Assembly: GCA_036522535.1 (NCBI GenBank)
Contig: DATDFP010000282.1
Coordinates: 1-34,164 of the forward strand
Direction of reading: 5' to 3'
Source of the DNA: Gemmatimonadales bacterium
GTDB lineage: Bacteria; Gemmatimonadota; Gemmatimonadetes; Gemmatimonadales; GWC2-71-9
Length of the DNA: 34,164 nucleotides
Shown: one piece after another, positions 7,866 to 16,827 of the stretch
How positions within the stretch are numbered: position 1 is the first letter of the stretch
Layout: each line of letters opens with the position of its first letter
Notes under the pieces: model-generated
Databases searched by the model: none
What the model saw: the letters and a program-made list of their open reading frames with translations, nothing else
Told to the model about the DNA's origin: nothing
Program-made: the position numbers and the translations under genes

Positions 7866-8980
7866 GCCTGCGCATTCGCGCGCCAGGAGAACCGGCCGGC
7901 GAGGAACCGGCGGCGGCCTGCCTCGCCGATTCGTCTGGCGCGGTCGGGATCGGCCGCCAGCGTGCGCAACTCGGCCAGCAGCGCATCGTCATCGCCGGGC
8001 GGGACCAGGATCCCGCTCACGCCGTGTTCGATGTGTTCCTCGATACCCTCGCCGCGCGTGCCGAGCGACGGCACGCCCAGCGACATGGCTTCGAGGTAGA
8101 CCGCCCCCAGCGACTCGCGCACGCTCGGCAGAGCCATGACGCTGGCGCGCGCCATCCGCTCCTGGGCGGCACGCGCGTCGAGCGCGCCCGTCAGCTCGAC
8201 CAAGCCTTCGATGCCCAGCGCGCGGACCAACTGCTCCAGCGCCGGCCGTTCAGGGCCATCACCTACGATCACCAGGCGCGCGTCCGGCCGCTCTACCGCC
8301 AAGCGGGCGAACGCCCGTATCAGGTGATCCACCCGCTTGCGCGCGATCAGACGGGTGACCGTGCAAACCGTGAAGCCTTGCGGCCGGACCGTGGACAGGC
8401 CCACGTGGGTCTCGATTCCTAGCGGGATCACCAGGTTCCGATGCGGGCCCGCCAGCTCCAGGGCGTGGCGTCGAAGCGCCTCTGACAGATAGACGGCGCA
8501 ATCGGCGCTCCGGAGCGTCCGGACGATCCCTTGGCGAACAATCGCGCTCGCCGGGGCCAGGTCGTAGAGCTCGTGGTCATAGAGGCTGACCACGAAGGCC
8601 GCGCCGTCGATCCGTCCGAGCAGCGACCCCGGCAGCGACGCGGAGTGCGCCAGTATCACGTCAGGCGCGGCCACCCCCGCCGTCAGCGCGGTCGCCGCAG
8701 CCCGAGCGAACAGACGGCGCTCGAGCGCGTGCCCGGCGCCTCGCAAGAAGCGCGGCACGCGCGGATAGCGCGGATGGGCCACCACCACCGCCTCGTCGCG
8801 CTCCTCGTCGGGGATGCGTGTGCCGGACAGCCAGCGCCGCGGCGACCACGGCAGCGGAACCACGGCGCGTACTTCGTGCCCGGCCGCCGCAAACAGCCGA
8901 AGCTGCTCGTCGTGGGACACGCCGCGCATGGGCAGGGCCGGCGTTGGCAGGTGCGGCGAGACCACGGCGATGCGCATCAC
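7811..8980 (-). CDS. Glycosyltransferase family 4 (GT-B, GT1/GT4 clan)
   Basis: The N-terminus is MRIAVVSPHLPTP.... The C-terminal donor-binding block is ALPSVRESLGAVYLEAMSLGVPSLGTRGEGIEEHIEHGVSGILVPPGD (E-x7-E type). Confidence 0.85.
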   Translation of the reverse strand: MMRIAVVSPHLPTPALPMRGVSHDEQLRLFAAAGHEVRAVVPLPWSPRRWLSGTRIPDEERDEAVVVAHPRYPRVPRFLRGAGHALERRLFARAAATALTAGVAAPDVILAHSASLPGSLLGRIDGAAFVVSLYDHELYDLAPASAIVRQGIVRTLRSADCAVYLSEALRRHALELAGPHRNLVIPLGIETHVGLSTVRPQGFTVCTVTRLIARKRVDHLIRAFARLAVERPDARLVIVGDGPERPALEQLVRALGIEGLVELTGALDARAAQERMARASVMALPSVRESLGAVYLEAMSLGVPSLGTRGEGIEEHIEHGVSGILVPPGDDDALLAELRTLAADPDRARRIGEAGRRRFLAGRFSWRANAQAYLALFQELSRGRATHTT

Positions 8981-10083
8981 AGGGCCCGCGCGAGCTCGAG
9001 CAGTCGCGCGGCCCAGGTGTGCTCGGCCAACACCCGCCCCCGCCCGGCTCGCCCGATCGCCTGCGCCACGGCCGGGTGCCGCACGCTCCGGCGCACCAGC
9101 GACGCCGCCTCCGCTGCGTGGCGGAAGGTCAGCACTTCTCGCCCCACCTCGAAGGCGTGCTCGACGTCCTCGTTGTGCTGGGTCAGGTAGCAGCAGCCGT
9201 AACCGGGGAACTCCACGTCGCGCAGCTTGAGGTAGCTCAGGTAGACGCCCTGGCTGTCGCGGCCCTCGTTCAGCCCCAGCACCACGCGACAGCGTGAGAG
9301 GAAGGGCACTATCTCGTCGTCGGCGAGCGGGCGGCCCCCTGCTCGGACCAGCGGTTTGAGAGCGCGCACGAGGATGCGTTCGCCCAGGCTAGCGCGCGCG
9401 CGGCGATCGGCGCGCTGCGGGCGGTGCCGCGGCCGCGCTGGCGCCGCGTGTGTGTGCTGCCAACCCTCGCCCCGCACCTCCGTCGGACACCCGAATAGCC
9501 GCAGCCCCGCCAGGCGAAGGACGCGGTTTCCGGTGGGCGCCCCGACGAAACCCAGCGCGTGCTCGGCGGTCTCGCAGATGGCTTCCGGCAGCGCCGCCGG
9601 GTGTACCGCGTAGGGCCGGCACAGGACGGGGCGCCCGAGCGCACGGTAGCGCGCCTCAGCCGCCCGCTCGGGGAACCAGTTGAGTGACGCCACGCGCGCC
9701 AGCGCTTCGACCAGGTCAAACGCGTACGTACTGTCGCAGAAGAAGTTGATCCAGGGGATGCCCAGTTCCACCGTGCGCTCGATCAACGCCGGATCGACAT
9801 CCGAGCTGAAGCAGTAGGAGATCACCGCGTCCAGCCCGCCCTCGGCGTGGGCCGTGCGGATCTGGTCCCACAGGCGCTCGGACATGGCGTCCCGATGGCG
9901 GGACGGACCGAGCGTTGCCACAGACACCGGCCGCGCCCACGCGAAGTCCACCGCCACCGGCAGCACCACGCTCGGCAGCGCCGCCTCCAGCCCGTCGTAG
10001 AAGTGGTGCCGCCACACCCGCATATAACGGCCAGTGGTATGGCAGTCGGGCACCAGCGCGAAGACGCGGACAAAGGCCTTCAA
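8977..10083 (-). CDS. CgeB-like / Glyco_trans_1_2-type glycosyltransferase-like protein
   Basis: The C-terminus LKLRDVEFPGYGCCYLTQHNEDVEHAFEVGREVLTFRHAAEAASLVRRSVRHPAVAQAIGRAGRGRVLAEHTWAARL resembles the CgeB/PF13524 pattern. The start is uncertain (TTG 10083 or ATG 10023). The longer ORF to 10296 overlaps the TonB receptor gene. Its stop overlaps the GT4 start (GTGATG). Confidence 0.6.
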   Translation of the reverse strand: MKAFVRVFALVPDCHTTGRYMRVWRHHFYDGLEAALPSVVLPVAVDFAWARPVSVATLGPSRHRDAMSERLWDQIRTAHAEGGLDAVISYCFSSDVDPALIERTVELGIPWINFFCDSTYAFDLVEALARVASLNWFPERAAEARYRALGRPVLCRPYAVHPAALPEAICETAEHALGFVGAPTGNRVLRLAGLRLFGCPTEVRGEGWQHTHAAPARPRHRPQRADRRARASLGERILVRALKPLVRAGGRPLADDEIVPFLSRCRVVLGLNEGRDSQGVYLSYLKLRDVEFPGYGCCYLTQHNEDVEHAFEVGREVLTFRHAAEAASLVRRSVRHPAVAQAIGRAGRGRVLAEHTWAARLLELARAL

Positions 10084-10123
10084 GCGACCAGCGAAGCCAC
10101 GCGGAGAAGTCTGTGACAGGTGA

Positions 10124-12169
10124 CTAAGGGGTCGCGCGCACGCCCAGGACGCCGGTGCGCGGCACGCCGGGTCGGTCGAAGGCCGTCTCGTAGCCCGTGT
10201 CGAACAGGTTGTTGACCCGCGCGTACACCTCCAACGTGCTGCTGGCGCGCCAGTGCGCCACGAGCTCGAGCAACACGTAAGGGTCGAGGGTGACACGCTG
10301 CCCGGTGAATCGCTCCGTGAAGACCGTCTGCTCGCCCACCAGCGTGGCGCGCGCTACGGTGGTGAATGAGCGCGTGAGGTCGGCCGCGACAAAGGCATTG
10401 CCCGTGACTCGCGGCACCGCCGGGAGCGTGCTCCCGACCGGGTAATCGGTGGGCGACAGCCCCGCGTTGTCGAGGATCTTGCTGTTCAGCCAGGTGAGGT
10501 TCGCCCCCGTGCGCCACCGCGCTGACCACCAGCGCTCGACGTCGACCTCGACGCCCGTCGAACGAGTGCTGCCGAGGTTCTTGTTCGTCTGCTTCGAGCC
10601 CGTGTCGGCGGGCACGGTCCGGATCAGGTCGTCGTAGCGCTGGTTGAAGTAGCCCACCCCGACCGTCAGCGGCTGCCCCGGAGTCGTCAGCGTGGCGCCG
10701 ATTTCCCAGCTGGTGCTGTGCTCCGGCTTGAGGTTGGGGTTGGGGATCGTTCCCGGGTTCTCGAGGAACTGCTGGTCGACGTTGGGCGCCTTGAACGCCC
10801 GCCCGGTCGCCGCCCGCAGCGCGAGCCGGTCGGGCACGACGTCGAGGACGACGCTCGCACGGGGCAGCAGCTCCGCCGCGAGCCCCTGGAACTTCTCGAG
10901 CCGGGCGCCGCTCAGCACCGAGAGGCGCGGGCCGAGGCGGCCTTGCAGCTCCGTGAACATGGCGTCATTGAAGCGGTGGAAATCGGTGTGCGAGGGGCCG
11001 AAATCCCCCGCCTGGTTGTTCGACTCCGCTTCCCGTTGCCACTCGGCGCCGTAGGAAACCGTGAGCTGTGCCCCCCCGGCCTTGCCCAAACGCAGCGCGT
11101 TGCTGCCGACGTATTCCAACCCGGGGCGCAGCAGCGTGCTCCGAAAGCCGAAGTTGAAGTCGAAGACGAAGAAGGGATAAGACGTGGAATCGGTCACGCC
11201 GTCCTTCTGGTCGCGGTACACGAAGTCGTCCCAGAGCAACCGGGCTGTGAAGCGATGGTGCCAGGTGGGAGTCGCGGCCCAGCCGGCGGAGAGCGATCCC
11301 AGCCACCGGTAGTGGCCGTCGCGCTGGTTCGGGTCGAGCGGCACGCGCGTGACGCCCGGGTCCCGCACCGGCAGGTGGGCCTGCACGTCGATGTAGCGCG
11401 CCGTGGCCATGAGGGTCCATCGCTCGGCCGGGCGCGCGTCGAGCCGCAGCGACATGTCGCCCGTGACGACGTTGTTCGCAAGCGCGTAGATGCCGCGGTT
11501 GTATGCGAAGCCCACACCGCTCGAGTACCGCAGGCGCTCGGCGCCGCCCGATAGCGTGAGTTCGGTGCGCGTCTGGTCGCCGTGCTCGGTCGCCCGACCG
11601 CCCTCGGTGAGCAGGTCGAGTTGGGCCGGGCCCGGCTGCCCCTGCCGAGTGATGAACTGCACGGCACCGGACATTGCCGACGATCCCCACAGCGCGCTCA
11701 AGGGCCCCCGGGCGACCTCGATCCGCTCCACGTTGGTGAGCGTCACTCCCTGCAGGTCATGGAAGCCGCCGCTGATGTTGATCGGCACGCCGTCGAACAG
11801 GATTTGGGCGAACGATTCTTCGCCGCCCCGCAGGTGCAGCACGGTGGGGCCCCCGGGCCCGCTGGCTTCGTCGATCGAGACACCGGGGAGGAACGTGAGC
11901 GCCCGGGCCGCGTACGGCGTCGGCTCGGCGGCGAGGTCGCGGCCTTGCAGCACCGAAGTCGCGACCCCGATGTCGAGTCGCGAAATCGGTTCGCGGCTGG
12001 CCGTGACGACGACTGGCGGCAGCGCATAAGGGCGGGCAGGATGAATGCTGTCGCGGGGTGCGGAATCCGTCGGCGCGGGCTGCTGTGCGCCCGCGGCGAC
12101 TGAGCCCACAAGGGAAACCAGTACCGTTCCCAATACGCCGCAACGGGTCCGGAGCGTTCGCCAGGGCAT
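10124..12169 (-). CDS. TonB-dependent outer-membrane receptor (BtuB/CirA-like plug plus barrel)
   Basis: It has a signal peptide. The plug region reads VVVTASREP...LTFLPGVSIDEASGPGGPTVLHLRGGEESFAQILFDGVPIN...IERIEVARGPLSALWGSSAMSGAVQFITR, followed by a long beta-barrel. AGGAG lies 7 nt before the ATG. Confidence 0.9.
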   Translation of the reverse strand: MPWRTLRTRCGVLGTVLVSLVGSVAAGAQQPAPTDSAPRDSIHPARPYALPPVVVTASREPISRLDIGVATSVLQGRDLAAEPTPYAARALTFLPGVSIDEASGPGGPTVLHLRGGEESFAQILFDGVPINISGGFHDLQGVTLTNVERIEVARGPLSALWGSSAMSGAVQFITRQGQPGPAQLDLLTEGGRATEHGDQTRTELTLSGGAERLRYSSGVGFAYNRGIYALANNVVTGDMSLRLDARPAERWTLMATARYIDVQAHLPVRDPGVTRVPLDPNQRDGHYRWLGSLSAGWAATPTWHHRFTARLLWDDFVYRDQKDGVTDSTSYPFFVFDFNFGFRSTLLRPGLEYVGSNALRLGKAGGAQLTVSYGAEWQREAESNNQAGDFGPSHTDFHRFNDAMFTELQGRLGPRLSVLSGARLEKFQGLAAELLPRASVVLDVVPDRLALRAATGRAFKAPNVDQQFLENPGTIPNPNLKPEHSTSWEIGATLTTPGQPLTVGVGYFNQRYDDLIRTVPADTGSKQTNKNLGSTRSTGVEVDVERWWSARWRTGANLTWLNSKILDNAGLSPTDYPVGSTLPAVPRVTGNAFVAADLTRSFTTVARATLVGEQTVFTERFTGQRVTLDPYVLLELVAHWRASSTLEVYARVNNLFDTGYETAFDRPGVPRTGVLGVRATP

Positions 12170-12222
12170 CGCAGCGCTCCTGCCATGGGTTATGTGTGGT
12201 CGATCTTACCGCCAGATTGCGC

Positions 12223-12329
12223 CTAGTGCCGTTCCAACTATTTGCGCCCACGGTTCCGACGCGCTTCGGGCCGTAGATGCACCGCGTCACGGATCGGTAT
12301 TTAGGCTCGACAAGTTGGAACGGCACTAG
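12223..12329. repeat. Perfect 17-bp inverted repeat (CTAGTGCCGTTCCAACT / AGTTGGAACGGCACTAG) enclosing 73 bp with a nested inner stem
   Basis: Read directly: 12223-12239 against 12313-12329. The inner inverted repeat is TCCGACGCG...CGCGTCacGGA. The element lies in the 187-bp divergent region between the TonB receptor and MFS genes. Confidence 0.6.
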
Positions 12330-12356
12330 AGTATCCCCGTTCGGGCGGAGCCGCAA

Positions 12357-13586
12357 ATGGACGCAACTGGAAAGCAAACGCTGCCACCGGTAGTGCTGCT
12401 CATTGCCGGCAATGTGCTGTTCGCGACCGGGCTCATCTTTCACGCGTTTCTCTACAACTTCTATCTGGAAGCGCTCAATCTCTCGGCCGTGGTGATGGGC
12501 CACGCGGCGGCCGCGCTCACGGGTGGCGGACTGGTCATGCTGCTGCCCGCCGGCGTGCTCGCGGACCGCCTGGGACCACGCGCGGCTCTCAGCGCCGCCG
12601 CCATGGTGCTGGCCGTCGGACTGGCCCTCGGCGCCGTCGCCGCGACCCCCGTCGCGGTGTACGGCGCGGCAGCGCTCGCGGGCGCGGGGAGCGCGATCTG
12701 GCGGGTCGCGGTGGGGCCGATCCTGATGGCGCTCACCACGCCGCGCACACGCGCGCGGGCGTTCGCCTGGAACGTCGCGCTGCTCGTCGGCTGGGGCGGT
12801 GCCGGCACTGCGATAGCGGGCGCCACATCCCGGTGGCTCGAGACACGGTGGACGCTCGAGCGGCTGCCGGCACTGCGCTGGGCGCTCGTCCTGGGCGCCC
12901 TGGGAAGCGCGGCGAGCCTGCTTCTGTTCCAGGCCGTGCGATCGCCGGAAACGTCGGCTCCGCGCGGCGCCGGAATGGGCGTGCCGCCGGCGGTGTATCG
13001 CCTGCTCCCCCTCGTCGGGCTCGTGGCCGTGTGGATGCTCGGTGCAGCGCTCGCGGCGCCGTTCCTGAACATCTTTTTTGCGCGCGCACACGGACTCTCG
13101 ATCGAGCGCATCGGGTACATCTTCGCGGCCGCAAGCGTGTGCTGGGCCCTCGCCGTGGTCGCTAGCGGCGAAGTGGCGAGTCGGGTGGGAGCACGCCGCG
13201 TGCTTGTCCTGTCACTACTCCTGTTCGGTCCGGCGATGTGGGGTCTATCGCTCACGCACAGCGTCGAACTTGCGGTCGCGCTGTACTTTCTCCAGGGGCT
13301 CATCGGCCCGGTGACGAACCCGCTGATCGACCAGTGGCTGCTCGGACAGACGCCCCGCGAGCGCCGGGGCGTCGTCTCGAGCTGGCGCCAGGTGGCGGCC
13401 GACCTGAGCGCCATGATCGGCGCGAGCCTCGGCGGCTACCTGTTGGCTGGGAGCGAAGGGAGTGGGGGGGGCGTCGTCTTCGAGACGCTGTTCCGAGTGG
13501 CGGGCGCGATCGGACTGGTCGGCGCGCTGGGCCTCATCGCGGGCGTACGCGTCAGGCCGGGCGATGCGCAGGAGAGCGGGCGATAG
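12357..13586 (+). CDS. MFS transporter
   Basis: About 12 hydrophobic segments. The loop 2-3 motif GVLADRLGPR is typical of MFS. GGAG lies upstream of the ATG. Confidence 0.85.
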   Translation: MDATGKQTLPPVVLLIAGNVLFATGLIFHAFLYNFYLEALNLSAVVMGHAAAALTGGGLVMLLPAGVLADRLGPRAALSAAAMVLAVGLALGAVAATPVAVYGAAALAGAGSAIWRVAVGPILMALTTPRTRARAFAWNVALLVGWGGAGTAIAGATSRWLETRWTLERLPALRWALVLGALGSAASLLLFQAVRSPETSAPRGAGMGVPPAVYRLLPLVGLVAVWMLGAALAAPFLNIFFARAHGLSIERIGYIFAAASVCWALAVVASGEVASRVGARRVLVLSLLLFGPAMWGLSLTHSVELAVALYFLQGLIGPVTNPLIDQWLLGQTPRERRGVVSSWRQVAADLSAMIGASLGGYLLAGSEGSGGGVVFETLFRVAGAIGLVGALGLIAGVRVRPGDAQESGR

Positions 13587-13606
13587 CGGACACCCTTGCG
13601 GCGGCG

Positions 13607-14848
13607 CTACCCCCGCATCATCCGCGCGATTCCGCGTCGGATGCGGTACCAATGGACGCCGAGCGCCTTGTGAGGCGACAGGAGCTTCCCGTCAAGACGG
13701 GGCCATGCGGTGTCCGCCAGAGCTGCCATGACCTCTCGCGGCGAGCCCACCCAGACGAGCCGTTCCCCCGTCGGGTAGGGGTGGAGGCGCTGCGCCCACG
13801 CCGGCGTCGTGTCGCGCACCATGCGGCGGAGCAGCCGAGGCGCTGCCCCCGCCACGCGCTCGAGCACGCCGGGATCGATGCTGCCAGGTGCGAGCCGCTC
13901 CGCCAAGTCCAGCGCCGGAAACACAAATCGACCCGTGCCCGTGCGGCGCACCAGCGCGTCGAACGCGTCCCAGAGCTCGGAACGCTGCCCGAAGTCGCGT
14001 CTCGCGACCAGCACGATCTCGACCAATCGGATTAGCGTGATCGAGTAGAAGTGGCCGGACGCGTGCAGTGCGAGGTAGGCGAGCAGCAGGGGCTGCGGCA
14101 GGACTCGGACGGGTCGTGCGAATTCGTTCCACACCTCCCCCTCCGAGGGACTCGGAGTGCCGAGGCCGGTGGTCAGGCTCGCAAACAGCCTGCGATCGAG
14201 CGACAGGTGCAGGTCCACGGACCACGGGTTCTCCGCGTGGGCCAGCTCCAGGGACCGAACCGCCCCATCGCCGGACGGAGTCCAAACGGTTCCTTGCAGC
14301 TCGCCTGGAGAGACTTGCGCGAACCCGAGGTCACCGAGGACGCCGCGCGCCGCTGGCTCTTGCTCGGGGCTCACGAGGAGGTCGATGTCGGTCGACGGCC
14401 GCGAGCCGGGCTCGGGGAAATAGCGATGTCCCGTGTGGGTGCCCTTCAGCACCACGACCTCGATGTCCCGGTCGGCGAGCGGAACGAGCAGCCGCTCGAG
14501 CTCGTGGCGCATGCGGCTGGCGCGGCGCCGGCCGTGGTCGAGGTGCGTCGCGAGCAGGGCCGCAACCGGCGGCTCGGTAGCGATGCGTTCTGTCTCGCAC
14601 CAGAGACCGAGCAGCGGACCCATTCCCGCGGCGGAGGCCGCAATCCCCAGCACCCGGGCATCGGTGGCGGGTGGGAGCCGAAGCTCGATGGGACCCCAGG
14701 CACCCGCCAGCGCGGCGGCGGTGACCCGGGCGATCTCTTTCTGGGCCGCTCGAAACGCCGAGGAAGAAACCTCCGGCCACAGGTCTCGCGCATCCTTCGT
14801 CATGGCATAGCGCGCGAGCCGGGCGTCGATCTCGGCGCGTGACTGCAT
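13607..14848 (-). CDS. Uncharacterised nucleotidyltransferase (NTP_transf_5 / PF14907-like)
   Basis: VVLKGTHTGHRYFPEPGSRPSTDIDLLVSPEQEPAARGVLGDLGF...WSVDLHLSL resembles the PF14907 pattern (KG......Y......R...DiDlLV). The ORF was trimmed to ATG 14848. The 30 upstream codons are Arg/Pro-rich. Confidence 0.65.
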   Translation of the reverse strand: MQSRAEIDARLARYAMTKDARDLWPEVSSSAFRAAQKEIARVTAAALAGAWGPIELRLPPATDARVLGIAASAAGMGPLLGLWCETERIATEPPVAALLATHLDHGRRRASRMRHELERLLVPLADRDIEVVVLKGTHTGHRYFPEPGSRPSTDIDLLVSPEQEPAARGVLGDLGFAQVSPGELQGTVWTPSGDGAVRSLELAHAENPWSVDLHLSLDRRLFASLTTGLGTPSPSEGEVWNEFARPVRVLPQPLLLAYLALHASGHFYSITLIRLVEIVLVARRDFGQRSELWDAFDALVRRTGTGRFVFPALDLAERLAPGSIDPGVLERVAGAAPRLLRRMVRDTTPAWAQRLHPYPTGERLVWVGSPREVMAALADTAWPRLDGKLLSPHKALGVHWYRIRRGIARMMRG

Positions 14849-15016
14849 GGTCACCAAGCTAGCCGGGGATCGGGGAGGTCCGTAAGATGGTGCGCGTCGT
14901 TGACGGCGTCGGTGCGGTGTCCTGCCCCTGGCCATCATAGACCAGCTCGTAGGCCGCGCTCTGGCCGCGCCGGGCGATGCGCCTCCGCCAGACTGGCGCC
15001 GTAGCTTCTGCGATTA

Positions 15017-15757
15017 CTATCGATCGTTGGAGACGCGCCGCATGAGGCAGTCGAGCTCGAGTACGCACTTGGACGAGTCACGCCCCAGCGCCTCGAACGC
15101 CGTGATCTCGAATCCTAGGTTTCTGAGGTAGGCCAGCGCATCCGCGAACGGCGTCACGTTCCTGTAGAGCGGCCTGATCGCGAGCTCGACGAGCAACCCG
15201 CGGACCTCTCCCAGTCTCTCTGACGCTCCCCGGATGACTTGCAGGTCGGATCCCTGAGTGTCGGTCTTGAGGAAGATCGCAGGCGACCGCATCCCGGCGG
15301 TGCACTCGTCCCACACGTGATCCAGCCTTCTCACCTCAACCACTTCGGTCCGCTGTACTCGCATGTTAAACGGGAACTCACGCGCGGCCTCGGTGGGCGG
15401 GAGCAGCGAGCTGAGAACGGTCGGAGTCAGGACGTTGATTGGAGCAGGTCCCTCGACGGCGCCCAGGGCCATTTGGTAGGCCTTCCACTTGGGGTCGCGG
15501 GCGGACTGTGCCGCCAGCACGCGGAAGCTCTCGGACAGCGGCTCAAAGGAGACAATGTGGCCGTCATAGCCAAGCCCGCGCAGTTTGAGGCCCGTCTCCC
15601 CATGGTGCGCGCCGACATCGAGCACACAGGTGATCTCGAGCTCGGCGAGGAGAAGCTGCAGTTCCCGGAGTAGTGACCCACCGGGCGGATAGCGGGTGAT
15701 GTCATAGCCAAAACTCCGGGCCACCCGGTGCACAAGGGACTTGATGGTCGTCAACAT
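15017..15757 (-). CDS. FkbM family methyltransferase
   Basis: VLDVGAHHGETGLKLRGLGYDGHIVSFEP...IFLKTDTQGSDLQVIRGA...LVELAIRPLY is the typical FkbM (TIGR01444-type) pattern. Confidence 0.85.
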   Translation of the reverse strand: MLTTIKSLVHRVARSFGYDITRYPPGGSLLRELQLLLAELEITCVLDVGAHHGETGLKLRGLGYDGHIVSFEPLSESFRVLAAQSARDPKWKAYQMALGAVEGPAPINVLTPTVLSSLLPPTEAAREFPFNMRVQRTEVVEVRRLDHVWDECTAGMRSPAIFLKTDTQGSDLQVIRGASERLGEVRGLLVELAIRPLYRNVTPFADALAYLRNLGFEITAFEALGRDSSKCVLELDCLMRRVSNDR

Positions 15758-15791
15758 GGAGGCGGTCTGGACTTCTCGTCGCCGAGGATGC

Positions 15792-16778
15792 TCATAGCCC
15801 GCGGCGCAGAGACCGGTAGACTCTCATCGCCACCGGAGGCATAAAGGGGCGGACGCAGGTCTTCACGAGCGCCACCCACCATGCCGGGAGGGTCGGTCGG
15901 CGCGGGAAAGCCCTCCACAGCGAACCGAAAGCTCTGCGGTACTCAGATCGGGCTCGGTGGCAGGCGGCCAGCCGCACCTGCGCGAGGGCGTATTCACGCT
16001 CGCACGCCTTGCGCAGCCGGCCTTGGATGGGGTGAGCGAGAAGTTTCTCGTACACCCGCACCTGGCATCCGACGACTTCCGTCGGCGGGCGGCCCTTCCA
16101 CGTGTTGCCGGCGTGCATGCGGACAGCACACAGCGGAGCTGCGAGCAACGCGACCTCGCGTTGGAGGGACATCCGTATGAACGCGTCGTAATCTTCGCAC
16201 AGCGAGAGCGACTCGTCGAACCCTCCGATCTGGCTCATCAGAGTGCGCTGCGCCAATACGGTCGGCGTGGCCACGCAGGCTCTCCCGGTCACCAGTCCCT
16301 CGACTATCAGCCCCGACCAGGGGTCGGAGCCCGTGCCGGGCGGTGAAGGAACGGGTTCTCCGTTGGGGCCGATCCATTCAAAGTACGTGTAACTCCACCC
16401 GCAGCGAGGTGCGGCCCGCAAGTGAGCGACCTGGCGCGCGAGCTTCTCAGGAAACCAGCGGTCGTCAGAATCCAGAAAGGCGACGTACTCGCCGCGTGCG
16501 TGCTCCAGCCCGGCGTTCCGCAGCCGGGCAGGATTGCCGCAGTGCTCAAGGCAGACGATGTGGAGCCGGTCGTCTTTCATCGCTCGCAGATCGGTGTGAG
16601 TGCAGTCCGTGGAGCCGTCATCGACGACGATCAACTCCCAGTTCGCGTACGTCTGATTGAAGACGGACTGAACCGCCTCCCGCAGGTAGGTGGCCCGGTT
16701 GTAGGTGGGCGTGACGATGGAGACCAGTGGCTCGTCGAGGTGCGTCACCGTTCCCTGAGCTTCGGTGCCCTGGTCCAT
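15792..16778 (-). CDS. Glycosyltransferase family 2
   Basis: VSIVTPTYNRATYLREAVQSVFNQTYANWELIVVDDGSTD, followed by FLDSDD (the DxD motif). Confidence 0.9.
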   Translation of the reverse strand: MDQGTEAQGTVTHLDEPLVSIVTPTYNRATYLREAVQSVFNQTYANWELIVVDDGSTDCTHTDLRAMKDDRLHIVCLEHCGNPARLRNAGLEHARGEYVAFLDSDDRWFPEKLARQVAHLRAAPRCGWSYTYFEWIGPNGEPVPSPPGTGSDPWSGLIVEGLVTGRACVATPTVLAQRTLMSQIGGFDESLSLCEDYDAFIRMSLQREVALLAAPLCAVRMHAGNTWKGRPPTEVVGCQVRVYEKLLAHPIQGRLRKACEREYALAQVRLAACHRARSEYRRAFGSLWRAFPRRPTLPAWWVALVKTCVRPFMPPVAMRVYRSLRRGL

Positions 16779-16827
16779 GAGGTCCTTCTGGTCGCTCCGG
16801 GCTTAGCAAAGCCCGCTCGCAGCCTGC

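Noticed and set aside
12170-12356. Cobalamin (B12) riboswitch upstream of the BtuB-like TonB-dependent receptor.
   Set aside because: I read the minus-strand leader for the B12 box and the conserved GGTG...AA.TCC...CCCGCCACTG core. I found only loose fragments (GGTGC, GGCACTAG). This cannot be excluded without an Infernal/Rfam scan, but it is not supported by eye.
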